Source: Xylographa opegraphella
Taxonomy: Eukaryota
Direction: 5' to 3'
NCBI GenBank assembly: GCA_022813865.1
Contig: JALDZX010000022.1
Coordinates: 186,001-250,000 of the forward strand
Length of the DNA: 64,000 bases
Position numbers and translations under genes: made by a program. Position 1 is the first letter of the stretch; each line of letters starts with the position of its first letter. Below are positions 1 through 11,564 of this stretch, in pieces. The notes beneath the pieces are model-generated. The model saw nothing but the letters and a program-made list of their open reading frames with translations, made no database searches and was not told the DNA's origin.

Positions 1-1460
1 GGTTCTCAGCGCACTAAATGGCACGGCGTTCTTGTTGTGAAGTAGATATTTCTCACCTAGGTTCTTCTTCTCTTCTTCTACTCCTCTTCCTCAGCAACCA
101 TTCGTATGTTCCATATCTTGCAGAAAACCAGACAATCAGACATGCAATCACTGGCTTTGGTATATCATAGCTGGTGACCAAACATCATACAATCATTGGC
201 TCTCGTACTTTCAATCACCCCCTTTGACCAGTCTTGACTGATCGTAACGAACCTGAGATCTTACATTCAAAATAACACAAAGATTTGAGCTCATGCACAT
301 TACCTATCAAGTACCGACAGCTTTGCATACTTAGAGAAGTGTTCATACTGACAGGCATCACCTTCCGTACTGTATCAGCTCGTTCAACCAGTGGTGACGA
401 ACCTGAGATCCTGCATCCAAACCAACACCAAGTACTCAGGTCTCGCTCATCATCTTGCAAGTGCGGACAGCATTGCATACCTAGGGACCGTTCATAACTA
501 CAGGCATCAGCTTTCGTACTTGCAGAACCTCCTTCGACCAGTCGTGACACACCTGAGATCGTGTGATCAAATATACACATTCAGTAACTGGTTTCTGTGC
601 AACATCCTGATATTGACTGTATTGCATACTTTGTGTGGCTGTCGATCACCTACCAGCATCAGCTCTTGCACTCCCAGTCACACCTTTCGACCAGGCATAA
701 CGCATCGAAGATCGTGCATTCAACCAGAAGTATTCAGCATTTAGCTTTCGTACATCATCCTCAGGGACCGACAGCATTGCATACTTCTTTCAACAGTCGA
801 TCATACCTACCTACGTTAGCTCTCATACACTTACGTCTTTCAACAGTCGATCATACCTACCTACATTAGCTCTCATACACTCAGCTGCCCCTTTCGATCA
901 GTCATAACATATCTGTCATCCTGCATCAACCAGATACAGAACCTGCTTCCACACGTTATCTTCCTGTACTAGCTTTATTGCTGGTCACGTCTACCAGTCG
1001 AACATACCTTCGAACATTGACTCTTGTGCTTTCAGTCACGTCCTTCGACACTGCATCACACATACAGCATTCAGCATTGGAAGAACATCTTCAGGTACCA
1101 AGCGTATTGCGTATCACGTCTAGCAATCAACCATACCTACAATTATTAGCTTCTGTGCTTTCAACCACTTCCTTTTGAGAAGTAACACACCTTGAATCCT
1201 GCGTTCAACCACATTTACAGCATTCAGCTGTTGGACATTATCTTCCGGTACCAACTGTATTGCACACAGTATTAGGAATCAACCATACCTACAAGCATTA
1301 GCTATCGTGCTTCAACTCACCTCCAGCATCCATCTGCACCATACATTACGACTTGCAGACCAGCATACACTTCATTGTTAGCACCCTAGCTTGTCTTCTG
1401 GAACAACTCGTACTTACCTCAAGTTCTTGAACTATCTGCTCACTCAGGCTCTCGTATTTC
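1..1460 (-). repeat. Degenerate ~150-bp tandem array rich in minus-strand splice signals (putative multi-intron non-coding transcript or 5' leader)
   Basis: ACCTGAGATC recurs at 251, 401 and 551, with diverged copies near 700, 910 and 1190. The minus strand repeatedly shows GTATG/GTGTGT/GTTCGT donors, GCTAA/GCTGA branch points and YAG acceptors. No convincing long ORF. Confidence 0.7.
786..881. repeat. Near-perfect direct duplication, 50-bp period
   Basis: TCTTTCAACAGTCGATCATACCTACCTAC(G/A)TTAGCTCTCATACACT at 786-831 and 836-881. Confidence 0.95.
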
Positions 1461-1489
1461 AACAAGAAAATTAATTCGTCAGTGATACC

Positions 1490-1510
1490 TTTTTATACAT
1501 AAATATATAT
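1490..1510. promoter_or_regulatory. Overlapping TATA-like elements on both strands
   Basis: TATAAAAA on minus (1490-1497) and ATAAATATATAT on plus, about 50 bp upstream of the ATG at 1561. Confidence 0.45.
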
Positions 1511-1560
1511 GAAGCCAAACTAACACGTCTTCGTAAGACAACACCGTTCACTTTACCACA

Positions 1561-2095
1561 ATGGCACGCCACAAGTACAACGGGGTGCGCGACTCGGTCT
1601 TGGGAATCAAGATCAAGACCGGGTTGCAGCCCCGCCCAGCGGCGGACGCCTCGGATGCAGAGTGGGGGTACTATGAATTGGAGGTGAGTATCAAAGACAA
1701 CCAAAGCATTGGCACAGTTGCTGATTATTCAAAGCGGAAGCGCCATGAGGCAAGATTGGTAAGTTCTTATTGGATAGAATTCAATCCGATATGGACAGAT
1801 ATCAGAGATCACGTGTGTGCTAACTTAACAACAGGCGCGGGAGGAGAAGGAGGAGAAGGAATGGGAGAGGAAGCGGCTGGCGAACGAGAAGGCCTCAGCG
1901 GCCAAGACGGACGACAAGGAGAAGAGGAAGCGGCGTCGCCCCTGGTATGCTTGAAAATTCAACATTTGGGAATAAGATCGCTAACATGTTCGCAGCTTCG
2001 AATGCAGGCGTCGCCATATCAAATGTGACAGGGCCAAACAATGCGGCCAATGCCGCAAGAGAAAGCGTTATATCTGCGAATACCCTGGGGAATGA
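1561..2095 (+). CDS. Small (118 aa) protein with a C-terminal Zn(II)2Cys6 binuclear cluster
   Basis: Exons 1561-1683, 1735-1758, 1835-1944 and 1996-2095, with donors GTGAGT/GTAAGT/GTATGC and branch points. The spliced product ends KRKRRRPCFECRRRHIKCDRAKQCGQCRKRKRYICEYPGE* (C-x2-C-x6-C-x5-C-x2-C-x7-C). Confidence 0.85.
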
Positions 2096-2211
2096 TTGGG
2101 CAGCGGGTTGGGGAAGGGGGAGGGAGGGGTTGGAGGGGGGGATGGGGGAGGGGCCAACCCTCGCTTTTCGAGAAAGGCGCCGGCGGGGCCCATCGGGGCC
2201 CAAATGAAATC

Positions 2212-2865
2212 TCATTTGAAAGCGAAGACTGTCTGCTCCAATGGCTCCCGTGCAGTCTCCCAGGCAAGCCAATCACTCCTCGTTGTCCTACCCCCACAGT
2301 CAGCCCCGACCAATTTTTCCTTCTTTGAAGAAATACATACGGCAGCAACCCCATACCATTGACCTTCCACACCCCAAGCGCTAGCGCTACCAGATTCATC
2401 AGCACATATACCCCCTTCACCATCCATAGCTTTCCCCGTGTCCCATCGGTCTCATATCTGGTGAAGACTTGGTTTGTCTGCAATAATGCCTGCAGCGGAT
2501 TCTTGAAGAGCATAAAGACCATCATAATACTGAATATTTGCAGGCTGTTACCAGACATATACATCATGATGGCATTCATAGGTATTGCTTTAGCAGGGGC
2601 AAGAGCGATCTCCCATGATTTCTTGAGCTTCAACGTGTCTGTTTCGGACGTGGTTGGGGCCTTTCTAACTTGCTCTTTGGCAGCTGCAGAACGCTCAAGG
2701 ACTGTTAGCCGGACACCTCTGAGGCTGACAAAGGGGGTTTACTTTGGCAGTTGCTAAAGAGGAGTACCCTGGAGGATCTTGGATGTTGCCTGACTTGGGT
2801 TTGGAGGCGGGTGGAGTGCTAAGGTCGATGACCCATCGTGGAGGGGGGGGCGGTCCGGACTCCAT
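2212..2865 (-). CDS. EMC4: ER membrane protein complex subunit 4
   Basis: LKLKKSWEIALAPAKAIPMNAIMMYMSGNSLQIFSIMMV...MGLLP|TTRSDWLAWE. Two introns; the exact boundaries of intron 1 are ambiguous. Confidence 0.93.
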
Positions 2866-3290
2866 AGTTTCACGCTCTTCAGACACACATTTGACAGCGT
2901 ACACACGAGTCTGAATGGTTATGTACGGTTAAAAGAGTTCCGTGATGTTCACCATCTGACATGCAGCAGCATCTGTTCCGTCTTGGCGTGTCGCGCTAAG
3001 ATCTACCAGAGCCGCTAATGGGCGGAAGGCGATGTGGCATATTGTTCACATCAACCAGATTGCTTAGATACCTATTTTGCCACGAATTTTACATGAGCTG
3101 TATGCATCTGCCGGTCGAGATATCGACGTAGGCATCACAAAGAGCCGAGTATAAACTGCCAAAGTAGATCGATTTCCAGCAATCATGTTTGTCATAAGCT
3201 AAGGAACACGACTAGAGGTTTTCAAGAATGCTACCCCAGGTATATAGCGGGTCGAAATAAGTACGATCTACAGAAACACATCCGGCCCAA

Positions 3291-4451
3291 CTAGCCTCCA
3301 AACGACAGCACATTACGGCGAACCTTGGGGGGATTGCAACCTTGGATCCTCGGCCCTTTACATGTTGGCAGGTTCTGCTTCCGTGTAGGTAGCTTAGTGT
3401 CTTGTACCTTCTTCGCCGTCGCACCTGTGTTTTTCACTGCCAATCCTATCAGCTCGTTGATCAGCTTACTTTGAAGATCTGCCATCGCCTTGCCGGATAC
3501 TCCCGCGATCTGCTGTGTTCCAGGCTTCATGTTGAGAGCATCTCTTACTTTATCTCCGAACTTCTCAGCCTTGAGGCCCAGCTTCGCGATCTTTGCAATG
3601 TCTTCGCCAGCTTTAGCAGCCGTCTCTCCAAGCTTGATGCCGACAGCTAGCACCTCACCGCCACCCGGGAATGCAATAGTGAGCACAGACATGATCTCTC
3701 CGAAGATCTGCAAGAACTTCATGAAGCCAGCCTTGGCCTTTTCTGCGGCCTTCTGTTCGGCAGACTTCGCCTTTCCATCTTTATTGAATTCGGCGTTCTG
3801 ATCGTCGGTTGACTTCTGCTTGAAGTCGTCTAGGGCCTTCATATCCGTTCGCTGTTCTGAATACGCTGCATACTTTTTCTTCCATTCACCGTTCTTGTCG
3901 GCGGTCTTTTTAGCATTGAGTGCGCTTTGAAGCTTGTTATTAGTTTTGCGATCATTGGGATGGGATTTCATGTATTCTGTGGCTTGCATGATTTGATCGT
4001 CACCCCACTTTTCCCCGGCATTAGCTGAGTCAATCGAAGTAGTGGCTTTCGTGTGAGCGTCGTTGATGATGTTCTCAGAGCTGTTTTTGTCCTTCTGCTG
4101 TTGTGAGTTGGCACGATCGACTGCCTCCTTGTTTTTCTGATCCTGTGAATGTGTTGCGACGTTAATTCTTACTGGTCTAGCGAGAGCATTTGCTGCGCGT
4201 CGCAGGAGAAATTCATTCATTGATGCATATTCGGATTTCGTCTTGTGGATTGAAACCGCGAACAACGCTCTTTCTCGGCTGTCAAGAATACTAGGGATTG
4301 CAAAATGCCCAACATCTCCTTTGAAGCCAAGACCACCCACTGGATTGCTTGCCACATTCAATAGAAGGAGAGAACCTAATGCTAGAAGTGTCTGAGCAGA
4401 GTCAGAAGACTCCGACTACCATTCGCAACGATTACATACCGAGAATTGCAT
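3291..4451 (-). CDS. Predicted secreted Lys/Ala-rich protein with an internal hydrophobic hairpin
   Basis: A 12-nt exon 4440-4451 (MQFS) and intron 4392-4439 (GTATGT..CTGAC..CAG) restore the signal peptide MQFSTLLALGSLLLLNVAS in frame with the 356-aa ORF. Confidence 0.8.
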
Positions 4452-5126
4452 GGCTGATAGCCCTGTGTCTCGGCAACGGAAAAGATCTCGACTATGGTAA
4501 GTAATAAGATTATGGGGAGGTTCAATTGCTAATAAGATAAAAGTGATTGAGAAAAAATAACGGGATACAAATGACAATAGATCGAAAAGAGTTTGAAAAA
4601 TGACATAGGCAGGATCCTGCTTCCAGAGCCGAACACAAGAGCAAGTCAGATGGGAAGGGGATGCAAAGATCGAGTCCAACTATATATCTGAATAGGCCTC
4701 ATAAGGAAATGTAGAGACTACGAGCTGCTAAATGAGTTGCTATGATTGTTGGAGGGACTGCTAGCTTCGAACGTTTTTGCTAGGGGGGCTGTCACGAAGT
4801 GAGGAAGAGGTATGAACATTGTTGGTGATAAAGATGTTTCGAGCTGTAGAAAGCCCACTGCCGTTCCGGAGTTTGACTTCAGTAGGACCAACAATTGTAG
4901 AATTACGGCGCGGTCAGTTGGCCGGTGACTGGGGCGCTTCCTCAAGACTTAGCCCGGAAGCGATTGAAATTAAGCGGCGCACACCCTAAAGAAGTTCACA
5001 GTTGGGCGGGAAATACCGTTTATTCAATAAAAGGGGGACAACCGAGATATCGGCCAATTACATCTCAATCAGGCAGGCTTGAATACCTTCGCAACAGTCG
5101 TGTAGCATGCAAGCTGAACGGCTGCT

Positions 5127-5801
5127 CTAATCATAATCATCCGAGTCAACTTCAGAGGAGCTATATTCTTCTGTTGTGACATCGTCGTCAGGGTCGCCAC
5201 TTGACTCCGTCGCAGGCCACCTATCGAGAGAAGCAAGCTGTTTCTGTGAAGGTTGGAAGCGTTCTTCATACGCCATTCGGACAACCTTGCGTGTTTTGTA
5301 CTTGAAAATCGCTCGATGTGAAACGATGAAAAGCACTGCATTGTAGATGGTCTGGCTATCAGCTACCTCGGAGGTGAAGTCGGTACTCATGATCGAATAG
5401 AGTAACCTAAAGGCCGCATCACGGGCAGGCGATTTACTACTCCTTATCCTCGTGTAGTATTTGTACTCCAACTCATATTGTGGTTTACCCGACTTAAGCA
5501 CTTGAAATAGATCGTCTGTTGACAAACCCCCCAAGACATCGACACAGAGGAAGTCGAGGGTATCACAAAGAATGTGATACTGATCAAGTTCGGTACCCAA
5601 GGCCCGAAAGCACTGGCGGAAGCCGTGCTCGGCTCCATTGTATGCAACGCCGAAAAGGGGAATATCCTCATGTTCAAGTACGTCTGTATCCTTGCCCGCG
5701 CGTTGTTGAAAATCAGCGAAAGAGCTGAAATACGCCATCCGAGTCGGGCTGATCTCGTAGGGCTCACTGCCAACCTTGACGGTGATATTTGTCGAAGTCA
5801 T
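5127..5801 (-). CDS. Hypothetical protein (224 aa, acidic C-terminus)
   Basis: Single-exon ORF with globular-looking composition; family not recognised. Confidence 0.7.
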   Translation of the reverse strand: MTSTNITVKVGSEPYEISPTRMAYFSSFADFQQRAGKDTDVLEHEDIPLFGVAYNGAEHGFRQCFRALGTELDQYHILCDTLDFLCVDVLGGLSTDDLFQVLKSGKPQYELEYKYYTRIRSSKSPARDAAFRLLYSIMSTDFTSEVADSQTIYNAVLFIVSHRAIFKYKTRKVVRMAYEERFQPSQKQLASLDRWPATESSGDPDDDVTTEEYSSSEVDSDDYD

Positions 5802-6240
5802 GGAAGCCGTTAACCACTTGTGTCAGAACGTATGATGAGCACCAGAAGAACAAAGTCCACTACTTGCTTCAACAGTAGAGTCTCAACGTCGGTGTCTGAG
5901 GGATGGAGTCAAGGGAGTCTCAGGGGTGCGGATGACAGAATAAGATGTGGCCAGTGCTTTTGTGGCTGAGAATAGCCACTCCCGCCACTGCAAGGATTTG
6001 TGGGCCCTTACAAGTCGGAGCATTCACGGGGTAATTATTGTCAGATAAGATTTGTGTTTGACAAAAACTCCCTATCCATGATCATGTTCTACAGAATATT
6101 AACAAACAAAGTGACCTGATCACACGACTGTCCGACTTTGTTCTCATTCTGGCCTCTCCCCCAAAACATGTGATCAGTGCCCCCCCCACGATCTGCAGAA
6201 GTCTGCACTGAGGGGTTTCTAGCTCTACGCCACGAGCACC

Positions 6241-8758
6241 ATGAGTTCTGGAGGAGATGCGAAGCTCTTCGCGCGGGTGCGTCTCTCCTGTTGTCGAACT
6301 ACAACTGTCCACTGCTCTTCCTACACATCTCACTCTGCCGGATCGGGGGATACTGCAGCGATGTGGAGTCCCTTTCCATATGCAATTCCAAATCAGTGGT
6401 GCACCTCTCAATACCTTCTCACTCGCACTTCCCCATGTTCCTACCGTTTTCGCCCGTCATTTTGTCCCCTGGTAGCACAGTCAGCTCACAATGGTTCACG
6501 GTCTCACAGGGCAAAGTTGCCGAGCTGCGCGTCGAGCTTGCGAGCGGTGGGAAGAAGGATAAGAACAACTCGGCGAAGAAGATAGCTTTGAAAAAGATAG
6601 TGGCAAATATGACGATGAGCAACAATGATATGGTCGCATTGTTCCCCGATATCATCAACTGCATGCACATATCTAGTCTGGAGATCAAGAAGATGTAGGC
6701 TGGCATACCGCGTCAACCAAGCGTTGGTTGTCAACTAGGCTAATCTTGCGAAAGGTGCTTCCTTTTCTTGGTCAATTATGCCAGGATAAAGCCGGAAATC
6801 GCCCACAAAGCTCTTCCCATCCTCCTTCAAGTATGCAGGTTTCTCTACGTACAGCGAGCGTCCTGACTGGTGGTGCAGGATCTGGAGGATAGCAACCCTC
6901 TCGTTCGAGCTCTGGCATTGAGGACGCTCTCTTATATTCATGTCCGAGAATTCGTACAAGCCACCGTAAGCCCTTTAAGGAGCCTAGTCAGAGATCAAGA
7001 TCCATATGTGCGGAAAACCGCAGCGATATGTGTGGCTAAGCTCTACGACCACGACCGGTTACTGGTAGAGTCCTCGGACCTGATAGATAGGCTTAACGCT
7101 ATGTTAAGAGATGAAAATCCCACAGTGGTCGCAAGTGCTCTGGCCGCCTTGATGGACATCTGGGAAAGAAGCGAATCTATCAGACTTACAATCGACTATG
7201 CCAGTGCTTCGAAAATTGTGCAGATATTACCTGACTGTTCAGAGTAAGCGCGGTCGTGTGCATCTTTCACAGCCATACTGACGAGGACTTAGATGGGGAC
7301 AAACCTACATTCTGGAGGCGCTCATGTCGTATGTGCCACAGGATACAGGAGAAGCGCTGCTGCTCGCCGAACGCATATGTCCCCGCCTGTCGCATTCAAA
7401 CTCCGCTGTTGTTCTCACATGCATAAGAGTCGTCCTCTATCTCATGAACTATATCGCCGACGACAAGCAAATATCCTCTCTGTGCCGCAAACTGTCGCCG
7501 CCATTGGTTACATTACTTGCGAAAGGGGCCGAGGTCCAATACTTGGCGTTGAGAAACGCTCTCTTGATCCTGCAGCGAAGACCCGAGGTACTGAGAAACG
7601 ACATTCGAGTATTTTTTTGCAAATACAACGACCCTATATACGTGAAGGTTACTAAACTAGAATTGATATTTATGTTGGCAACAGAAGCCAATATCAGAGA
7701 AGTTCTGACGGAACTGAAGGAGTGAGGATCACTTAGATACCACCGCCACAATTTGCGGAACGCTAATCGCATGCAGGTACGCAACCGAAATCGACGTCCA
7801 CTTTGTCCGAAAGTCCGTCCGAGCGATCGGCAAACTGGCAATCAAGATCGAATCGTCCGCCGAGGACTGCATCGGCTGCCTCCTAGAGCTCGTGGCCACC
7901 AAAGTATCCTACATCGTCCAAGAAGCAACGGTCGTCATCCGCAACATCTTCCGCAAGTACCCGAACCGCTACGAATCCATCATCTCGACCCTCTGCGAGA
8001 ACCTCGACTCCCTCGACGAACCCGAGGCCAAGGCCGCCATGATCTGGGTGATCGGCCAGTACGCGGACCGGATCGACAACTCGGACGTCCTGCTTGACGA
8101 CTTCCTCTACTCCTTCGCCGACGAGCCGGTCGAGGTCCAACTCGCCCTCCTCACCGCCACCGTCAAACTCTTCATCCAGCGGCCCACCAAGGGCCAAGAG
8201 CTAGTCCCCAAAGTCCTCAAGTGGGCCACCGAGCTCACCGACAACCCGGACCTGCGCGACCGCGGCTACATGTACTGGCGCCTGCTGTCGTCCGACCCGG
8301 GCACGGCCAAGGCCGTCGTCATGGGCGAGAAGCCGGCCATCACGGCCGAGGCCGAGACGCTCGACCCCGCCACCCTCGAGGAGATGTGCCTCAACGTCGG
8401 CACCCTCGCCACCGTCTACCTCAAGCCCGTCCAGCACGTCTTCCGTTCCGCCCGCCCGCGCCGGCTGCTCGACAGCCCCGCCCTGCAGAAGCAACACCTA
8501 CCCGCCCGCGACGCTGACGCCTCCGCTGCTCCGCCCAACGGCACCTCCTCCGCCGCCGCCGATGCAGCGGACCTCTACTTCGCAGGCGTCGTCGCTGGCC
8601 CGCGGCTGGCGGCTATGCACCTCGGCGGTGGCGGCGGCGGCAGCGACGATGACTTCGCTGCGCCGGGCGAGAGTCGCTACGTTGTGAGCCAGAGCCATCC
8701 GTCGGAGGTGTATCAGCCGCAGGTCGGGAGCGGGAATGGGGATCTGCTGGACTTGTGA
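6241..8758 (+). CDS. APL1: AP-2 adaptor complex beta subunit
   Basis: [22 protein letters not shown]...[58 protein letters not shown]; multi-exon. The N-terminus matches the fungal AP-2 beta type rather than AP-1 beta. Confidence 0.92.
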
Positions 8759-9070
8759 AGGCCGGGGAGGGGGTTTGGGGGATGGGGGAAGGGGGGATGG
8801 GGTAAAGGGTATGTGTGGGGAGAATGTGTTTGTGTGCGTGTGGGTTGGAGGTCTCGTATATTATACACAGACATGGACATGGACGCGGACATATGGGTTT
8901 GCATCATTAAGTATCTCGTCATCCGGTGGCTTCTGCTCCGACATGTTGAGTGGGTGAGTGGGTTAATGAGTGAGTGAGCTAATCCTCGCAACATTTGCCC
9001 ATGAACAAGAAGCTCAAGGTAGCTGGCGTGGAATAATCCCGAGGGCCTCGACGAGGTAAGGCAGTCTACC

Positions 9071-9135
9071 TAGTCCAATCCAGTACCGTCCAGTCTAGGT
9101 TAGTCCAGTCTAGGGTAGTCTAGGGTAGTCTAGTC
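9071..9135. repeat. Low-complexity (TAGTC/TAGGG) repeat between convergent genes
   Basis: ...cagtctaggttagtccagtctagggtagtctagggtagtctagtc. Confidence 0.6.
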
Positions 9136-9423
9136 AAGGGCAGGAGGGGGCCAAAGACGCCGCCGAGCATTTGTCTTTCCGAAACCTTTTCCCATGCCGT
9201 AGGTAGTCGTCACGCTTCCGGAGGTGATCAAAGGCACGCGGTAAATCGGTATTCATTCAGCTATGTACATCCCACGCACACTTGCTCCCCCCCCCCGGGC
9301 CACAATCGCTATTGACGAACCATACATATGCACTTGCACGGACCCTCCCAGCCATCTAGGCATCGTAATCGCTCTTCGTGAGCAACATACACCGACTCGC
9401 ACACGCTACTCAAGCCGCACGCT

Positions 9424-11564
9424 CTAGTGCATCACCACGGCGACGTGGTCGTCCATGAAGCTGTTGATATCGCCCAGGAAGCACGACGCAATGATGCTCA
9501 CGCACCCAAAGGCAATGCTCGTGAGGTAGACGTACTTGTAGCTCTCGGCATAGGCCATCTGGCCCGCGGCGACCACCATGGCGTAGGCCGTCTCGTTGCC
9601 GGCGATGCCGGGAATCAGTTTGAGATCATCCAGCAGCGAAGCGCTCGTGAAGGTGATGGCTTCACCGATGTAGGTGGCGTTCGTGATGCCCAGCTCCAGC
9701 TCCATGGCGCCGCCGATGTAGTAGAGGGCGTTGGCGACGAACTTGTTGACGAAGACGTTGTAGTAGATGCAATACCCGATGCTGCCGCCGATGACGCGGA
9801 TGGCCAGGGTGAGCGCTGCGATGGTCGCAATCAGATCCTGGGTGGCGAGTCAGTAACCTTTCCCATCATGCAAGGAAGCTCGACTTACATCGGGGCAGAT
9901 GATGGTGGTGATGATCGACGCTGGAACCACGAGACCTCCAATGCCAAGGCCAGCGAGGACCAGGATACCCCAAAGCTGATACAGGTTGTCGACACGGCCA
10001 ACGGCAAGGGCCCCGGTGCCTGTTATCGTAAGCTCTACGATCGAGAAGATACGGGAGAGGGGTCCACGTACCGGCCGTCATGAGTACGGACGATATGATC
10101 ATCAGTTCCTTGTTATGACCACGGAAGACACTCAATAGCCACAGAACAATACAGGCGCCGGCCAAGATGCTGAAGCCCGGCGGAATGCCTCTGATCCCAA
10201 CGCCGATCGGATCCTGTCCGTAGACATTGAACGCTTGCGTGGGCCAGAACATGACGAGGGAGAAGAAGTTGGCACCCGAGATGAAGGTGATGACGAGAGT
10301 GAGTGCAAGCGTCCGAGGAGCTTGCTTCAGGCGGCTGGGAAACATGGGAAACTTGGCAAATTTGATCTCCCAGACCACAAAAGCGACAAGGAAGAAGAAA
10401 CCGATGAAGAGAGGCGCCAAAACGTGAGCGGACGACCAGGGGTACTGTGACGTGTGTGAGCGGTTGCGGATGGAAGCCGTCCGTCGATCATACCTGATAA
10501 CCTCCCCACTGCATCGCACACGTAAACAGGAGCATCCCGACAATGCTCAGGAATCCTCCGACGAAATCGATCTGGCCGATGATTTCCTTCCTCGACAGGC
10601 CTGACGAGTTGACCCTGGGAGGGGGGAAGTAAAAGATGGCGGTCATGAGCAAACCGACGGCAGCCCAGATGCCGCACAGCAAGCCGCAATACCTCCAGCC
10701 GGAATTGGAGGCAATGAGTTGACCCCATAGGACGGATGGAGCAAACGGGAGGATGGTGAAGATCAAGATAGCTACATAGGTACCTCGCTTCCGGGTAGGA
10801 GCCAGCTCGGCCGTTGCAGCAAGAGCGGTGAGCTCGTTGATACCGGCACCGATGCCCGCGAGCGTCATGCCACCTGAGGGACATCAGCGTCAGTAGAGCA
10901 GAAGGGTGGAGAGATGACTAGGAAGCGCACAGATAAAGATATTCATCGTATGGGCGGTGGACGATACAATCATTCCGAGCACAATGAAGGAAGCGCCAAT
11001 CAAAGCAACGTATCGACGTCCAATGAGATCCGAGAGCGATCCCACAAACGGGCAGACGGCTGCCAGTGCGAGGAGATTGGCCAAGACCTTGTGCACGGAA
11101 TCAGTGAACGGTCGTCGAATGGTACCGCACTCGAGACTTACAAACCAGATCCAGCGATCGGCACCGCCAATATCGCGGTAGATATAAGGTGGGATGCCGC
11201 CGAAGACGTAGATGGGGATTTGCGAGCCCGTCCAGAGGAAGGCCATGGCAACCAGGGACATGAAACGATGGATACTCATCTGATAGAGCAGCTGTCAGTG
11301 AAGTTCATCTGGAGATTCGATCGCGGCCCCCGACGTACCGGGGGCTCATGGTCGTGGTCCTCATCGTCGCCTGCCCGGGTCAGCATCGACTTATTGCAGT
11401 AGACATCTGTATTCTTCCGTACCGTAAGTCCTCAGGCCATCCTTCTCGTAGCAGTTCGGATGCCCTGGCACACGCTCGTTCGTGTGGATCTCCTGAATGT
11501 GTGCTCCAATCTTCTCATCACGCGGCGAAGAGGCCGAGGCCGTCGAGTCTTCCGATTCGGGCAT
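9424..11564 (-). CDS. MFS transporter, fungal trichothecene efflux pump (TRI12)-like family
   Basis: MPESEDS...YEKDGLRTYG|DDEDHDHEPP|MSIHRFMSLVAMAFLWTGSQIP, GSLSDLIGRRY, ELAPTRKRG; many TM helices; ends DDHVAVVMH*. Confidence 0.9.

Noticed and set aside
215..580. Cys-rich repeated ORF in the left array
   Set aside because: The periodicity is a by-product of the DNA repeat; neighbouring units contain stops and indels in the same frame.
251..881. CRISPR-like or box C/D snoRNA cluster interpretation of the array
   Set aside because: Eukaryotic context, whole units are homologous (no unique spacers), no cas genes, and C/D boxes are not consistently placed.
9427..10083. Long antisense ORFs over GC-rich exons (also 49875-50633 and 7883-8497)
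   Set aside because: Expected shadows of high-GC3 coding sequence.
9424..11564. Secondary-metabolite cluster around the TRI12-like pump
   Set aside because: No backbone synthase or tailoring enzymes in the window.
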